A DNA stretch of 64,000 nt. It comes from an uncultured Planctomycetia bacterium (lineage in GTDB: Bacteria > Omnitrophota > Gorgyraeia > 1-14-0-20-64-10). Shown here piece after piece: positions 36,423 through 46,080 of this stretch (position 1 is the first letter of the stretch; the number at the start of each line of letters is the position of its first letter). The position numbers were made by a program, and so were the translations under genes. Below the pieces are notes generated by a model that was not told where the DNA came from, searched no databases, and saw nothing but the letters and a program-made list of their open reading frames with translations. Location of the stretch: positions 12,647-76,646 of the forward strand of contig CAZQXN010000005.1 of the NCBI GenBank assembly GCA_964597545.1. The letters are read 5' to 3'.

Positions 36423-37359
36423 ACCGAACCCCCATCCGTTTGTCCCTCAGATGCGCCTGCCACGACTTTGGCAACAGGTCCCGCGCCAAGGAACCCGCTT
36501 GATCCCGAAACCAGGCTTGAGGGGAAAGGGCCAAAGCATGCTTCCAATCCCTCCAGGCCTCCGTCTTTCGCCCTGCCCGTCGCAAACAGCGCGCCCGGAA
36601 GAGATGATAATAGGAGAGGCTTCTGCGTAAAACAGCTGCCTCTGGAGCTGGAAAGTTGTCTTCGGCAAGGGCCGACTCAAAGACCTCAATGTACTCTTCG
36701 ACAGCCCTCAGGGAAAAGGAGTCCTGCGCCTCATGCCGGCGCAGCCCCACCAGGGGTTTCTGGAGATTCATCGCCCGAGTGCGCCGTAGCAGCTTCAAGA
36801 AGAGGGCCCGGTCCGAGGCAAAACGGTACGATTCGTTGTACCCACCGACACCTAGAACTGTCTCTCGATGGACCAAGATGCTCCCATGAATGATGCCGGA
36901 ACCCAACAGCTCCGCCCGCCAAATCGCCTCGTGCACTTGGGGCCGAAGGATGACCGACTCCTGGCGCGCGGGATCATCACGAAATTCCCAAATACCCGTA
37001 CCCACGCACCGCAAATCGGAATTTTCATCAACGGCACGCATCTGCTCTTCCAGACGTGTGGGCGCCGAGTAATCGTCGGCATCCATCCGGGCAATCCATG
37101 GAGTCACCGCATGGCGGAACCCCACGTTGAGCGCTGCCGTTTGACCGATGTTGCGCTCCAGGGGGAGAAGCTCCACCCGGGGATCGTTGATGCCGGCAAT
37201 GATGTCACGGGTGGAGTCGGTGGAGGCGTCATCTACAATCAAGAAACAGAAATCCCGATAGCTTTGATTCAAGATGCTCTCCATGGCGACCCTCAAAAAG
37301 GGGGCTCCATTGCGAACCGCCATCAACACCGTGAGCCCATCTCCGCTGGCCAAGCTCAT
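36409..37359 (-). CDS. GT2-family glycosyltransferase
   Basis: LTVLMAVRNGAPFLRVAMESILNQSY...LIVDDASTD...RMDADD. Confidence 0.8.
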   Translation of the reverse strand: MSLASGDGLTVLMAVRNGAPFLRVAMESILNQSYRDFCFLIVDDASTDSTRDIIAGINDPRVELLPLERNIGQTAALNVGFRHAVTPWIARMDADDYSAPTRLEEQMRAVDENSDLRCVGTGIWEFRDDPARQESVILRPQVHEAIWRAELLGSGIIHGSILVHRETVLGVGGYNESYRFASDRALFLKLLRRTRAMNLQKPLVGLRRHEAQDSFSLRAVEEYIEVFESALAEDNFPAPEAAVLRRSLSYYHLFRARCLRRAGRKTEAWRDWKHALALSPQAWFRDQAGSLARDLLPKSWQAHLRDKRMGVRYENA

Positions 37360-38327
37360 CCGCTCACCCCCATCGGCTGCGCGCAGCGTTCCTGAAGCGT
37401 CCGGGACCGGTCCCCCAGAAAACGTTTCAGCCCTAAATGCAAAGAGGGAATCTTATATCCGACGGCTTGCTCGAATCGGCTGGAATCCATGGAAAGCTCT
37501 TTGGCCCGCGGCGCCGGGTGCCCTCCCTCTTCCAATCTGCTGCGTTTGGCATGCGCCATGGAGAAACCAGCCAGTTTCGCCAGCTGGACACCGAAATCAT
37601 ACTTAGAGAGCAGATCCTTGCCTCCCAGATGGAACAGCCCCTGATGGTGTCCGTCCACGAGCCTCTGCACCCCCTCCACCAGATTCATCACGTAGATCGG
37701 CGCAAAGAACACATCCGCATACAACCGGATGGGCAGACCTTGCTCCAGAGAGCGATACAGCCACTCGGCAAAGGTCTTCTTTCTGCCGGAAGACCAACCA
37801 TAAAAGTTGCTTCGCACAATCAGATGGTTTTTGACGCACTGCTCCACCGCCTGCTCCCCTTTGCGCTTGGAGAGACCATACACGGTACGGGGCACCGGAA
37901 TAGATTCCTCGGTCGCCCAAGGCGTGTCACCGTGCAGCACCGCATCGGTTGAGATGTAGACAAACCGGGCATGGGGATTCAGTCGCTTGGCCAAAGTTTC
38001 CGTGGCATCGGCATTGACCGCATAGGCCATGCGATCGTTCTTTTCGCAGGCATCCACATCGGTTATGGCTGCACAGTGAATGAGGAGCTCCGGCGCAAAA
38101 TCACCCATCACGCGATCCAAGAATTTGGAGTCTGTGAGATCTCCGCAACTGCTTCGAATCGGCAGCTTGCCCCAGGAGGGGTTGCGATCTATCCCCATCA
38201 CTTCATGCGTGTTGCCAAAGGCCGATGCCAGGTGAGCACCCAGCAGACCACCAACCCCAGTGATTAAAACGCGCATCGGATCACCATGTTGGGTACAGAT
38301 CCCGGGGAGGCTGTTTCCTTCCCCCAC
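37356..38327 (-). CDS. NAD-dependent epimerase/reductase, RmlD-like (dTDP-4-dehydrorhamnose reductase family)
   Basis: MRVLITGVGGLLGAHL Rossmann motif and RmlD substrate-binding-like body. Confidence 0.7.
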   Translation of the reverse strand: MGEGNSLPGICTQHGDPMRVLITGVGGLLGAHLASAFGNTHEVMGIDRNPSWGKLPIRSSCGDLTDSKFLDRVMGDFAPELLIHCAAITDVDACEKNDRMAYAVNADATETLAKRLNPHARFVYISTDAVLHGDTPWATEESIPVPRTVYGLSKRKGEQAVEQCVKNHLIVRSNFYGWSSGRKKTFAEWLYRSLEQGLPIRLYADVFFAPIYVMNLVEGVQRLVDGHHQGLFHLGGKDLLSKYDFGVQLAKLAGFSMAHAKRSRLEEGGHPAPRAKELSMDSSRFEQAVGYKIPSLHLGLKRFLGDRSRTLQERCAQPMGVSG

Positions 38328-38405
38328 CAGACCCCCTCCGGCCTCGACGCCTCAACAACAACAGCGGCGAGGAGAGGATCTTCAAGCACCAGTAAAAGAA
38401 ACGCA

Positions 38406-39443
38406 TCAGAGCGAAAACTCCTTTCGAATCAGCTCAGCCGCCAAGGCAAATCCCGCGTCGGTCAGGTGGATGCGGTCAACAAACAACCACTGGGGCTGTT
38501 TGAAGGGATCCGAACCGTTCAAATCCAGGAAAGGAACCTCAAATTGATCGCAGAGCCGCTTTGCATCCGCCTGGAATTGATCTTTCCTTTGAGCCAAAAA
38601 AGAGAACAGTGTTTTGTTATACTCTGTACCGATCTGATTGAGGCAGCCAAACAGCTCCTCCTCCTCGGGCACCAACGCCTTGTTGAGCCAAGGGATGGCC
38701 GGCTGCAGAACAAAATAAAGTTTAAACCCAAGACTCTTCTGCAGCAGTGCCCATATGCGCAGGTCCCGCTCCATGCAAGCAAGCCCATCATCATAACGTT
38801 CCTCTGAGCTTCGGCTGGGGGAATCCGACTTACCGGGGACGAACTTCTGCGCGACCTCCTGGGCAAACTGCTGAAACGATCCTCGAACCCCTGTCATCTT
38901 GCCGCGCTTCAAACCCTGCTCAAAGATGGACTGGTAGTAGAAGGCGTTATAGACGGGCGAGGCACTCCCAGCCAGATGGGAGAGGACCAGGTGGTTGATG
39001 CCGGTAAACAACACCACCTGCGCCACATCCTTTGGCAAGTGAAGCAGAAAGATAATGACTTCCTGAGTCGAATTGAACGCTCGCCCTGAAAAATTAAACC
39101 ATGCCGTTGAACCTTTACGGTTCAACTGGCTCGCCAGGGTTGCTCCATCCGAGGAGGCCCCTATGCCAAAAGCAGAACTTGAACCCACCAGGGCTCCCCG
39201 CGGATGATCTCCTTCGTTATATGTCTTCAGGGTAAGGGGCTGGTCCTGCCAAAGGGTGCCGCGGAACCCGTGCTCATCTGTGGTGAATGAAGGGGTCTTC
39301 TGGTTCGGCTGGTGGAAGAACATGACATAGGGCAGCCACCGCTTCTCATCGAGTGCATCGTAATCTCGCATCTGAGGGACCAGGGCATAGCGACGTCCCC
39401 TTGGGGTCGCAAGAGAGGCTTCTGTCCCCATCGCAAGGCTCAT
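38406..39443 (-). CDS. SGNH/GDSL-like hydrolase (putative glycan O-acyl esterase/transferase)
   Basis: 345 aa. GSSSAFGIG (block I-like) and C-terminal DRIHLTDAG (block V DxxH). Confidence 0.45.
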   Translation of the reverse strand: MSLAMGTEASLATPRGRRYALVPQMRDYDALDEKRWLPYVMFFHQPNQKTPSFTTDEHGFRGTLWQDQPLTLKTYNEGDHPRGALVGSSSAFGIGASSDGATLASQLNRKGSTAWFNFSGRAFNSTQEVIIFLLHLPKDVAQVVLFTGINHLVLSHLAGSASPVYNAFYYQSIFEQGLKRGKMTGVRGSFQQFAQEVAQKFVPGKSDSPSRSSEERYDDGLACMERDLRIWALLQKSLGFKLYFVLQPAIPWLNKALVPEEEELFGCLNQIGTEYNKTLFSFLAQRKDQFQADAKRLCDQFEVPFLDLNGSDPFKQPQWLFVDRIHLTDAGFALAAELIRKEFSL

Positions 39444-41233
39444 CCTACCCTCCCCTGTCCCGCTGCGGCCAGCTGCGCGTAACGCCCCTGGCGCTCCATG
39501 AGGTCTGCGTGGGAACCGGCTTCTACAATCCGTCCTTGATCCAGAACCAATATCAGGTCCGCGCGCTGGACCGTAGAGAGCCGGTGGGCAATGATCAAAA
39601 CGGTTCTTTCGCGAGAAAGCCGCTCAATGGCATCCTGAATCAACCGTTCAGACTCAGAGTCCAAGGAACTCGTCGCCTCGTCAAAGATTAGAATCTCCGG
39701 CTCTTCGAGGATTGCCCGGGCAATGGCGATCCGCTGCTGCTGCCCCCCTGAAAGCTTCATCCCCCGCTCCCCCACCACCGTCTCATACCCTTTCGGGAGC
39801 TGCCGGATGAAGGGATCGGCGTTGGCGGTCACGGCAGCCTTGCGGATTTGCTCCGAGCTAATCCCTCCGCGCCCAAACCGTATGTTCTCAGCCACCGTCT
39901 CATGAAAAACAAACCCATCCTGACTGACAAAGCCGATGCGCCTCCTCCAGCTTGCCAGATCCAATTGTGTCAACGCTACACCATCCACCAGAATGCGTCC
40001 GGCACTGGGCTGCAGCAGTCCCAGCACCAAGTGGGCCAGCGTGCTTTTGCCGCTTCCGGAAGGCCCCACCACGGCGGTCACCCTGCCCTGCGCAAGACCA
40101 AAGGAAAGCTCATGAAATAGCTGCGGGCGGCCCGAATAGCCAAAGCTCATTTTGTCGAAAAGAATCTCTCCTCGAAGAGATTTTGCCGGTTGGTCCCCTC
40201 CCTTTGCAGCCAAGTCCGGTTGCGCCAGAGCCTGCTCCACCAGCTGCGCATCCCCCAGCAGCCCCACCACCTCCATTCGCAGCTGTCCCATCAGCGTGAG
40301 AGAAGGCAGCAATTTCAACAACCCCAGCGTCAACATTCCCACCAGCGGTAGGGACTCCACCAAAAGCTCTGGTTGGAGAAACCGAAAGAGCAGCAGGAAC
40401 CCGAACACGAAAAAGACCACTGAAAACTCCAGGAGAACCTTCGGAACGGAGAGCCAGAAGGCATCCTTGGTGTATAAGTTGCGGAAAATCCGGCTCTGCT
40501 CAACGAAGCGCTTGAGCCACAGCGACTGTGTCCCGAAAGCCAGAATCTGTCGAATGCCGCTGAAAAACTCGCTGGCGACAGAGGTTTGGGCGGCGCCGGC
40601 TGCCACCCGCCCCTTTCCCGTGTGATAAGAGATTCTCTGGGAGAGTAGGTGGGTCAAACCGTGATACCCCCAGGTGACAACACCCAAGCCCACCGTGACC
40701 CAGGGCATGGTAAGAAACAACAAGCCCACAATAGCGGTAACCTTTAGCCCCTCCGCGACCAACTGCGCAATCTTCTGCGCCAAAACACCGGCCCGGTTGG
40801 CAGCATTGGAAACGCTGTAGATGAGCTCCCCCTGCTTCTTCTCCAGGAAGAAGAGAAATGACGAGGCGGCGTATGAGCGCATGAGGCGTGTTTTAAGATC
40901 ATGCTGCACCGTGCCGCTGGCATACCCCACCAACGCATCTCGACTCAGCATAGCCAGACACTTGAGGAAGGTGACCGACAAGAGCAGGGCAATGGCGGCA
41001 ACGATCGGATCTGCCAACGGGATCATCTTGACCAAACGAGTCAACAGTGCCAGGAACCCCTGCTGGGTAGCGCTCCCACCGCCCTGATCGAGCAGCGCCT
41101 GAAACACCGGAAAGAAAACAGCGATGCCAAAGCTCTCCAGGACCGAAGCGACCAGGGCCACCCCCAGGATGGCTAAGAGAAGCTTGCGATAGGGACCAAA
41201 AAGTACCCGGAATAACTTAAAAAATTTAAACAT
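39440..41233 (-). CDS. ABC exporter, fused permease + ATPase (MsbA/PglK-like), second copy
   Basis: Walker A GPSGSGKST, signature LSGGQQQRIAIARAIL, Walker B LIFDEATSSLD. Start re-placed at internal ATG (MFKFFKLF, 41233) a few nt after the upstream gene stop. Confidence 0.85.
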   Translation of the reverse strand: MFKFFKLFRVLFGPYRKLLLAILGVALVASVLESFGIAVFFPVFQALLDQGGGSATQQGFLALLTRLVKMIPLADPIVAAIALLLSVTFLKCLAMLSRDALVGYASGTVQHDLKTRLMRSYAASSFLFFLEKKQGELIYSVSNAANRAGVLAQKIAQLVAEGLKVTAIVGLLFLTMPWVTVGLGVVTWGYHGLTHLLSQRISYHTGKGRVAAGAAQTSVASEFFSGIRQILAFGTQSLWLKRFVEQSRIFRNLYTKDAFWLSVPKVLLEFSVVFFVFGFLLLFRFLQPELLVESLPLVGMLTLGLLKLLPSLTLMGQLRMEVVGLLGDAQLVEQALAQPDLAAKGGDQPAKSLRGEILFDKMSFGYSGRPQLFHELSFGLAQGRVTAVVGPSGSGKSTLAHLVLGLLQPSAGRILVDGVALTQLDLASWRRRIGFVSQDGFVFHETVAENIRFGRGGISSEQIRKAAVTANADPFIRQLPKGYETVVGERGMKLSGGQQQRIAIARAILEEPEILIFDEATSSLDSESERLIQDAIERLSRERTVLIIAHRLSTVQRADLILVLDQGRIVEAGSHADLMERQGRYAQLAAAGQGRVG

Positions 41234-43349
41234 GGATGGTATCCTTCTCCAGCACCTCAGCAGAGTGGGCTGGCTCGGAAGGGATATTTGCGAATTCACC
41301 ATCCGGCGACACCGGTAAAATGCCATCGACCGCGGCAATCTGTTCGGTTCCCCATTTCTGGGTGTACCGACGAGCAGCCTCCCGCAGAGCCTCTTCCCGG
41401 CTCTGCCCGCCAACCAAGGCATCACGAAGCCATGTGAGATAACGCTGAATGCGCTCGGAGGTCCCACCATCGCGCAAAACCACCAAATCATTCAGGATCG
41501 CTTCCCACCTGCCTATCCGGTTCGCGTCTTGCGGGTGGGTTCTGCAGCGCTCAACGGCCTGCCAGAGGCTTTCCCAATCATCGAAGAGAACCTCTCCTTT
41601 CGGCAAGCGGTTGAGGAGCTCCACGGAAAAACCCTGCGTTAGCAAGAGTGTCGGTTTCCCTACCAGGCTGCTTTCCAACGCAGCGGTTCCTCCGATCATC
41701 AGCCCCACGGTGAGATCCGCCGCAGCAGATGCAACCATGGGCAGAGGACGAGTATCTCGGGAATCACTTCCAAGCAAAATACATCGGCCGCTGTCCATCC
41801 ATTGTTTTAAATCGTTCCACACCGGGCCAAGCCGCCCAGGCAGTGTGTTCGGAAACTGCGGCTTCAAAAGCAATCCCAGCTTCGGATCGTCCCGAAGGCG
41901 CTCGCACAAAAATTGGTAATCGGCCCGCAGCTGACGACGACCTCCGAGGGTCTTGAGGTTAACACCGAAAGCTTCGTCCAGAAAACAGACCCAGAAACTC
42001 GCCCGGGGAAGGCAGAGCTTTCGCCGCAGGCGCAGCCCGGTTCGGCGAGCTGCCTTAAGCGCATCATCCATCAGATAACCGGCCGTTACAAACTGAGGGA
42101 TCCGGGAACCGGAAGCCCGCTCTGACTCTGCCCGGTTGGGGGCAAAGGCGAAGTGCACGTCTACGGCGGTTCTACGTAGTATTCTCGGCTCGCATTCAAT
42201 AGAGCGCTGAATGCTGACCGAAATCCCTCCCACCGCCTCCTGGGCGCAGTGGAGCGCTTCGCTTTCTGGAAAATGGTCTGCGGTAGAAACGTGCATTCGA
42301 ACTCCGGTCGCCTCAAAGAAGCGGCGCCACCGGTCGAAGTGCCGGTAGAAATCATAGGATGCCCCTTCCAGATAACGTTCAACAGCCGCTTGATGCCTTG
42401 CGTGGCCGAACAAACCAGCCCACAGGCCCTTGAAGGAAGGTTCAAAGAATCCGCCTGAATACATCAGATGTCTCAGTTCGCTCTTTCCGACAACCTCAAT
42501 CCCTGCTGCCGCTAATTGGCGCCGCCGGTCTGAATCTGGTTGGTCTTGGGGGTGCATACAATAAGCCATTACGGTGCCCTCAGGCCAAACCGAACGCCGG
42601 TACCAGAAAAAGTCTGTGCTGAAACGCTTCTTTCTTGATGTCCCGCGCAGGTACACCTCAACGGCCACTCGAACCGCATGCGGACGCTGAGAAAAACGCC
42701 GAAGGAGCCTCTTGGCGCGAAAAACTGACCAGAACCGATACCCGAAAATGACCAAGGCCTGGAACGCTTTTTTCCAGAAGCGGTTTTTTGCTGGAATCGG
42801 TTCCAGGTGTATGCCCCATCGCTGCGCATACCGAGACTGCAGCTCAAAGAGATCATCCTGAGGGACAACCAGAGTGCCCTGTCCGGTCTCGCTGGGATTT
42901 CTCTGGAGAGCCCAGGCAACAACCAAAATCGATCGGAGGCGCTCGGTCAGCTCCAGGTAAGCCTGCTTTGAGGCAAAGGCGTGCAGATAAAACAGGTGCG
43001 AACGGCTCCGCACCAAACGGGCCAACGCCTTCCAGTAGCGAGGATCCGACTCCCAGTATCGGAGTTGAGGCTCCGGACCACCTACGTAGAACTCTTCCAG
43101 CGATGAGGTGACGCCTGGCAGGCGGACATCATCGAAGAAATCGTACTCCAGCTCACGGATGGTTCCCCTCCAGCCCAGAGGGCGCAGGCATTTCACCAAG
43201 AAGCGGGCTGTGGGGCTTACTTCGTAGATCACCCACAACAGCTGGGTGTGCCCCAGGGGGGCGCGGCGCAAAATCCTGCACAGCACCCAACGCAGGAACA
43301 GAGCGCCTCCCAAGCGCTCCACAAAGACAAACGCTGCTGTCCCGCTCAC
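41226..43349 (-). CDS. large hypothetical protein with KpsC/KpsS-like GT-B C-terminal motif (paralog group)
   Basis: 707 aa. ADLTVGLMIGGTAALESSLVGKPTLLL parallels the motif in the 10215 gene. No other recognised domain. Confidence 0.35.
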   Translation of the reverse strand: MSGTAAFVFVERLGGALFLRWVLCRILRRAPLGHTQLLWVIYEVSPTARFLVKCLRPLGWRGTIRELEYDFFDDVRLPGVTSSLEEFYVGGPEPQLRYWESDPRYWKALARLVRSRSHLFYLHAFASKQAYLELTERLRSILVVAWALQRNPSETGQGTLVVPQDDLFELQSRYAQRWGIHLEPIPAKNRFWKKAFQALVIFGYRFWSVFRAKRLLRRFSQRPHAVRVAVEVYLRGTSRKKRFSTDFFWYRRSVWPEGTVMAYCMHPQDQPDSDRRRQLAAAGIEVVGKSELRHLMYSGGFFEPSFKGLWAGLFGHARHQAAVERYLEGASYDFYRHFDRWRRFFEATGVRMHVSTADHFPESEALHCAQEAVGGISVSIQRSIECEPRILRRTAVDVHFAFAPNRAESERASGSRIPQFVTAGYLMDDALKAARRTGLRLRRKLCLPRASFWVCFLDEAFGVNLKTLGGRRQLRADYQFLCERLRDDPKLGLLLKPQFPNTLPGRLGPVWNDLKQWMDSGRCILLGSDSRDTRPLPMVASAAADLTVGLMIGGTAALESSLVGKPTLLLTQGFSVELLNRLPKGEVLFDDWESLWQAVERCRTHPQDANRIGRWEAILNDLVVLRDGGTSERIQRYLTWLRDALVGGQSREEALREAARRYTQKWGTEQIAAVDGILPVSPDGEFANIPSEPAHSAEVLEKDTIHV

Positions 43350-43438
43350 CCGTTGACCTCCTGCCTGATCACTCTAAGTTCTTCCGGGTGAAATAAGCGG
43401 GGGCATCATCTCCGACCCAACGGGATCCAACCTGAAAC

Positions 43439-44560
43439 TTAGACATGAGTACTCACAACCCTTTCATAGCCGTCCAAAAGGCGCTTGAAGTTCTTGCTGA
43501 AATTGGCGCGCTCGCTCACCAACCTTCGATTCGCCTGCCCCATCTGATGACAGCGCTCCGGCTCATCCAATGCCTCAAGGAGGACAGCGGATAGCTCCTC
43601 AACATCCCCTGAGGGATAGCGCCATCCGTTAACACCCGGCTCAACCCATTCCTGATTTCCGTATGCATCCGGTACAGCGACGGCCAAACCGCTCGCCATC
43701 GCCTCCAAGAGGCTGACGGAGGTCCCGTCGCATCGAGTGGTGCTGACGTAGAGATCCGATCCCTGAAAATAAACCGGAACCTCCCTCTCGGGAACCCTGC
43801 CCGGCAAATGGACCCACTCTGAGATGGCCTGCTTTTGAATGAACGCTTCGATCTGGCCGCGGAGAGAGCCGTCTCCGAGCATCAGAAAGCGAACATCCTT
43901 CCTTGTTTCTAGAACGCGCCGCGCCGCCTCCAGGAAGAGCTCGGTGCCGCGGCCAGGCTCCATAGAACGGGCGCTGACAACAATCCTGCAACCGCTCCAG
44001 AAAGGTTTCTTGGGGTTTCTTGTCTCCGGAAAACGATCCAGCTCCACGCCAAAGGGAAGCAGGATAATCTGCTCCGAGCGGACCGCAGTCAAGGAAAGGA
44101 TCCGCTTGCGTACTGTTTCGCAATCTGCGACGACCCGCTGGGCCCTGGAAAGGGTCCACGAGACGATCCAGCGAATCCAGCGAGCCCGTTCCGCAACCAA
44201 CAGCACATCCGAACCCCAAGACATCAGGACCAGCGGTCGAGCCCCCGCCAGAGCGGCATAGAATCCTCCCGTCTGGATGGGGCCGGCATGGACAATGTCC
44301 GGCCGAAGCTTCCGAAGGTACCGGCGCAGGCGAAGAACGGCCACAGCGGCGCTTAAAACGGTCGTCCGGCCCGGCCGGCGCTTGAGCGGCGGCAGTCGCT
44401 TCACCCCTTCCGGTAGGGAGCGGCTCTCCAGTGGATGCGGGTCCCAAGCGCAGGAAAGAAACCAAACCTCGTAAGAGGCCCTGCTCAATCGATCCAGAAA
44501 CCGCCTGTCGTGCGTGCTGTACCCTTGAGAAATGTAAAGAATCCGCCTCTTGGTGCGCAT
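43439..44560 (-). CDS. GT4-family glycosyltransferase
   Basis: DLYVSTTRCDGTSVSLLEAMASGLAVAV...GVNGW. Confidence 0.8.
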   Translation of the reverse strand: MRTKRRILYISQGYSTHDRRFLDRLSRASYEVWFLSCAWDPHPLESRSLPEGVKRLPPLKRRPGRTTVLSAAVAVLRLRRYLRKLRPDIVHAGPIQTGGFYAALAGARPLVLMSWGSDVLLVAERARWIRWIVSWTLSRAQRVVADCETVRKRILSLTAVRSEQIILLPFGVELDRFPETRNPKKPFWSGCRIVVSARSMEPGRGTELFLEAARRVLETRKDVRFLMLGDGSLRGQIEAFIQKQAISEWVHLPGRVPEREVPVYFQGSDLYVSTTRCDGTSVSLLEAMASGLAVAVPDAYGNQEWVEPGVNGWRYPSGDVEELSAVLLEALDEPERCHQMGQANRRLVSERANFSKNFKRLLDGYERVVSTHV

Positions 44561-46080
44561 CAGAAACCCACCCTCTTGCCGCTACGAAAACCGTTTGGAT
44601 AGACGGCCTCGTAATCCAGAAGAAAGGTTCCCCGGCGAGGGACAACCTGCTCTTCCAATCGATACGTATCGGGGTTGTAGACTTGAAAAACCCACGCGGC
44701 GCCCCGCCGAGTAATGGGAGAACGAACCACATGCGTCGGCCTCTTCTCCCCTGCAACCAGATGGACCAAATAGGGAAAACCTCGGCCCAGAAGAGCTTCC
44801 ACGCCCCAATAGGTGTCCAGTTGATCGTTGGAGTTTTGAACCCAAGTGTATGGAATCTGTCTGGAGAAACTCGCCTGATCGATCAACACCCGTTCAGAAC
44901 GAAGGAGTGCCTCTTTGGATGCGGTGAGGGTATCGCAAATGGCCCGATTGATCCGGCAAGCCACCACTTGGTTCCAGGCCGTTCCCTGAGAGACCACAAG
45001 CCCCAGGAATAACGCAGCACTCACAGCAAGCACGCGAAATCTCCCAAGCAGAGGAATCGCTGCAGCAATCAAGAGGACAAAACCAATGGATGACATCCCG
45101 GTATGCCGCCCTAGAATGCCCCATGTCAGAAAGACCGGAGCAACCAAAAGGATGAAGATGGCGGCAGCCAGCCCAAGGGTTGGGGCTGGAACCTTTGGGA
45201 AAGAGGTTCGCTTCAACCAGCGCCAGAGGCCCGCGGCAAAGAGAGCGTTGGCTGCCACCAGCAAGAAGATCCACGGCGCCTCGATGGTTGGAAAGCGGTA
45301 CAGCCCATAGAGAATCCACTTGGCCATCTGCCGGCCGAGGTAAAGCTGGGGAAGCATACTAAAAATGTTGGGTAGAACTCTCACCAGTTGGACATCGGGG
45401 GCTTTTGAATCTGACGCAACCCACCCAAAAACATCAAACCGAAGCAGGAGGTAAGCGGCAACAGGTATGAGAAAAAGAAGGCACGCCTTGGCGCTGCGGC
45501 GCTCTTTCAACCAGGCATAGAGGAGCAAAACCAGCGGCAGGAAGAACCCAAGCTCATACATGAAAAGGGCTGTTGTATAGCAGAGAAATGAGCCAGCCAG
45601 ATGGCCCCACCGTTTCCTCTGAGTGTAGAGAATAAAGAGGATAAGACTTGCCACATAAAGGGTAAAGACCACATTCAGGTAGGTATAGGTGAGGGTATGG
45701 TAGAGTGCCAGTTTATTGGGCAAAAGAAGATAAAACAGTGCGCACAAAAAGGCCCACCCCCGCCGTTCCAGCAGGAGATTCAGCAACAGATAAACCGCCC
45801 AGAGCAACGCTGTGCTGGAGAGAAAGACCAGGCTGACCGCAAACAACGGCTTCTCGGCTGCGAGAACATCCAGGGCATAATGAAAGATCAGGAGGGGGCG
45901 GTCAGGGGTGGACAAAATCTCCTGCCACAAGAAGAGCATGGTGTTCTCTTGGTTGAGGATGGCGAGCCATCGAGCCACATCATCCAAAGAGAGAAAGACC
46001 CGTTCAAATGGAATAAAATGAGCCAATCCATTGACCGCCAGAAGAACCATCAGGGGGAGCAGGTGTCGCTTCATGCTCAT
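44560..46080 (-). CDS. polytopic integral membrane protein (candidate glycan polymerase / GT-C-type transferase)
   Basis: 506 aa with roughly 12 hydrophobic helices. No soluble domain. Confidence 0.5.
   Translation of the reverse strand: MSMKRHLLPLMVLLAVNGLAHFIPFERVFLSLDDVARWLAILNQENTMLFLWQEILSTPDRPLLIFHYALDVLAAEKPLFAVSLVFLSSTALLWAVYLLLNLLLERRGWAFLCALFYLLLPNKLALYHTLTYTYLNVVFTLYVASLILFILYTQRKRWGHLAGSFLCYTTALFMYELGFFLPLVLLLYAWLKERRSAKACLLFLIPVAAYLLLRFDVFGWVASDSKAPDVQLVRVLPNIFSMLPQLYLGRQMAKWILYGLYRFPTIEAPWIFLLVAANALFAAGLWRWLKRTSFPKVPAPTLGLAAAIFILLVAPVFLTWGILGRHTGMSSIGFVLLIAAAIPLLGRFRVLAVSAALFLGLVVSQGTAWNQVVACRINRAICDTLTASKEALLRSERVLIDQASFSRQIPYTWVQNSNDQLDTYWGVEALLGRGFPYLVHLVAGEKRPTHVVRSPITRRGAAWVFQVYNPDTYRLEEQVVPRRGTFLLDYEAVYPNGFRSGKRVGF

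Noticed and set aside
43641-44756. 371 aa minus-strand ORF rich in Arg/Gly/Pro overlapping the GT4 gene
   Set aside because: Alternate frame of the well-supported GT4 glycosyltransferase (43439-44560) and the membrane protein. Low-complexity composition typical of GC-rich off-frame ORFs.
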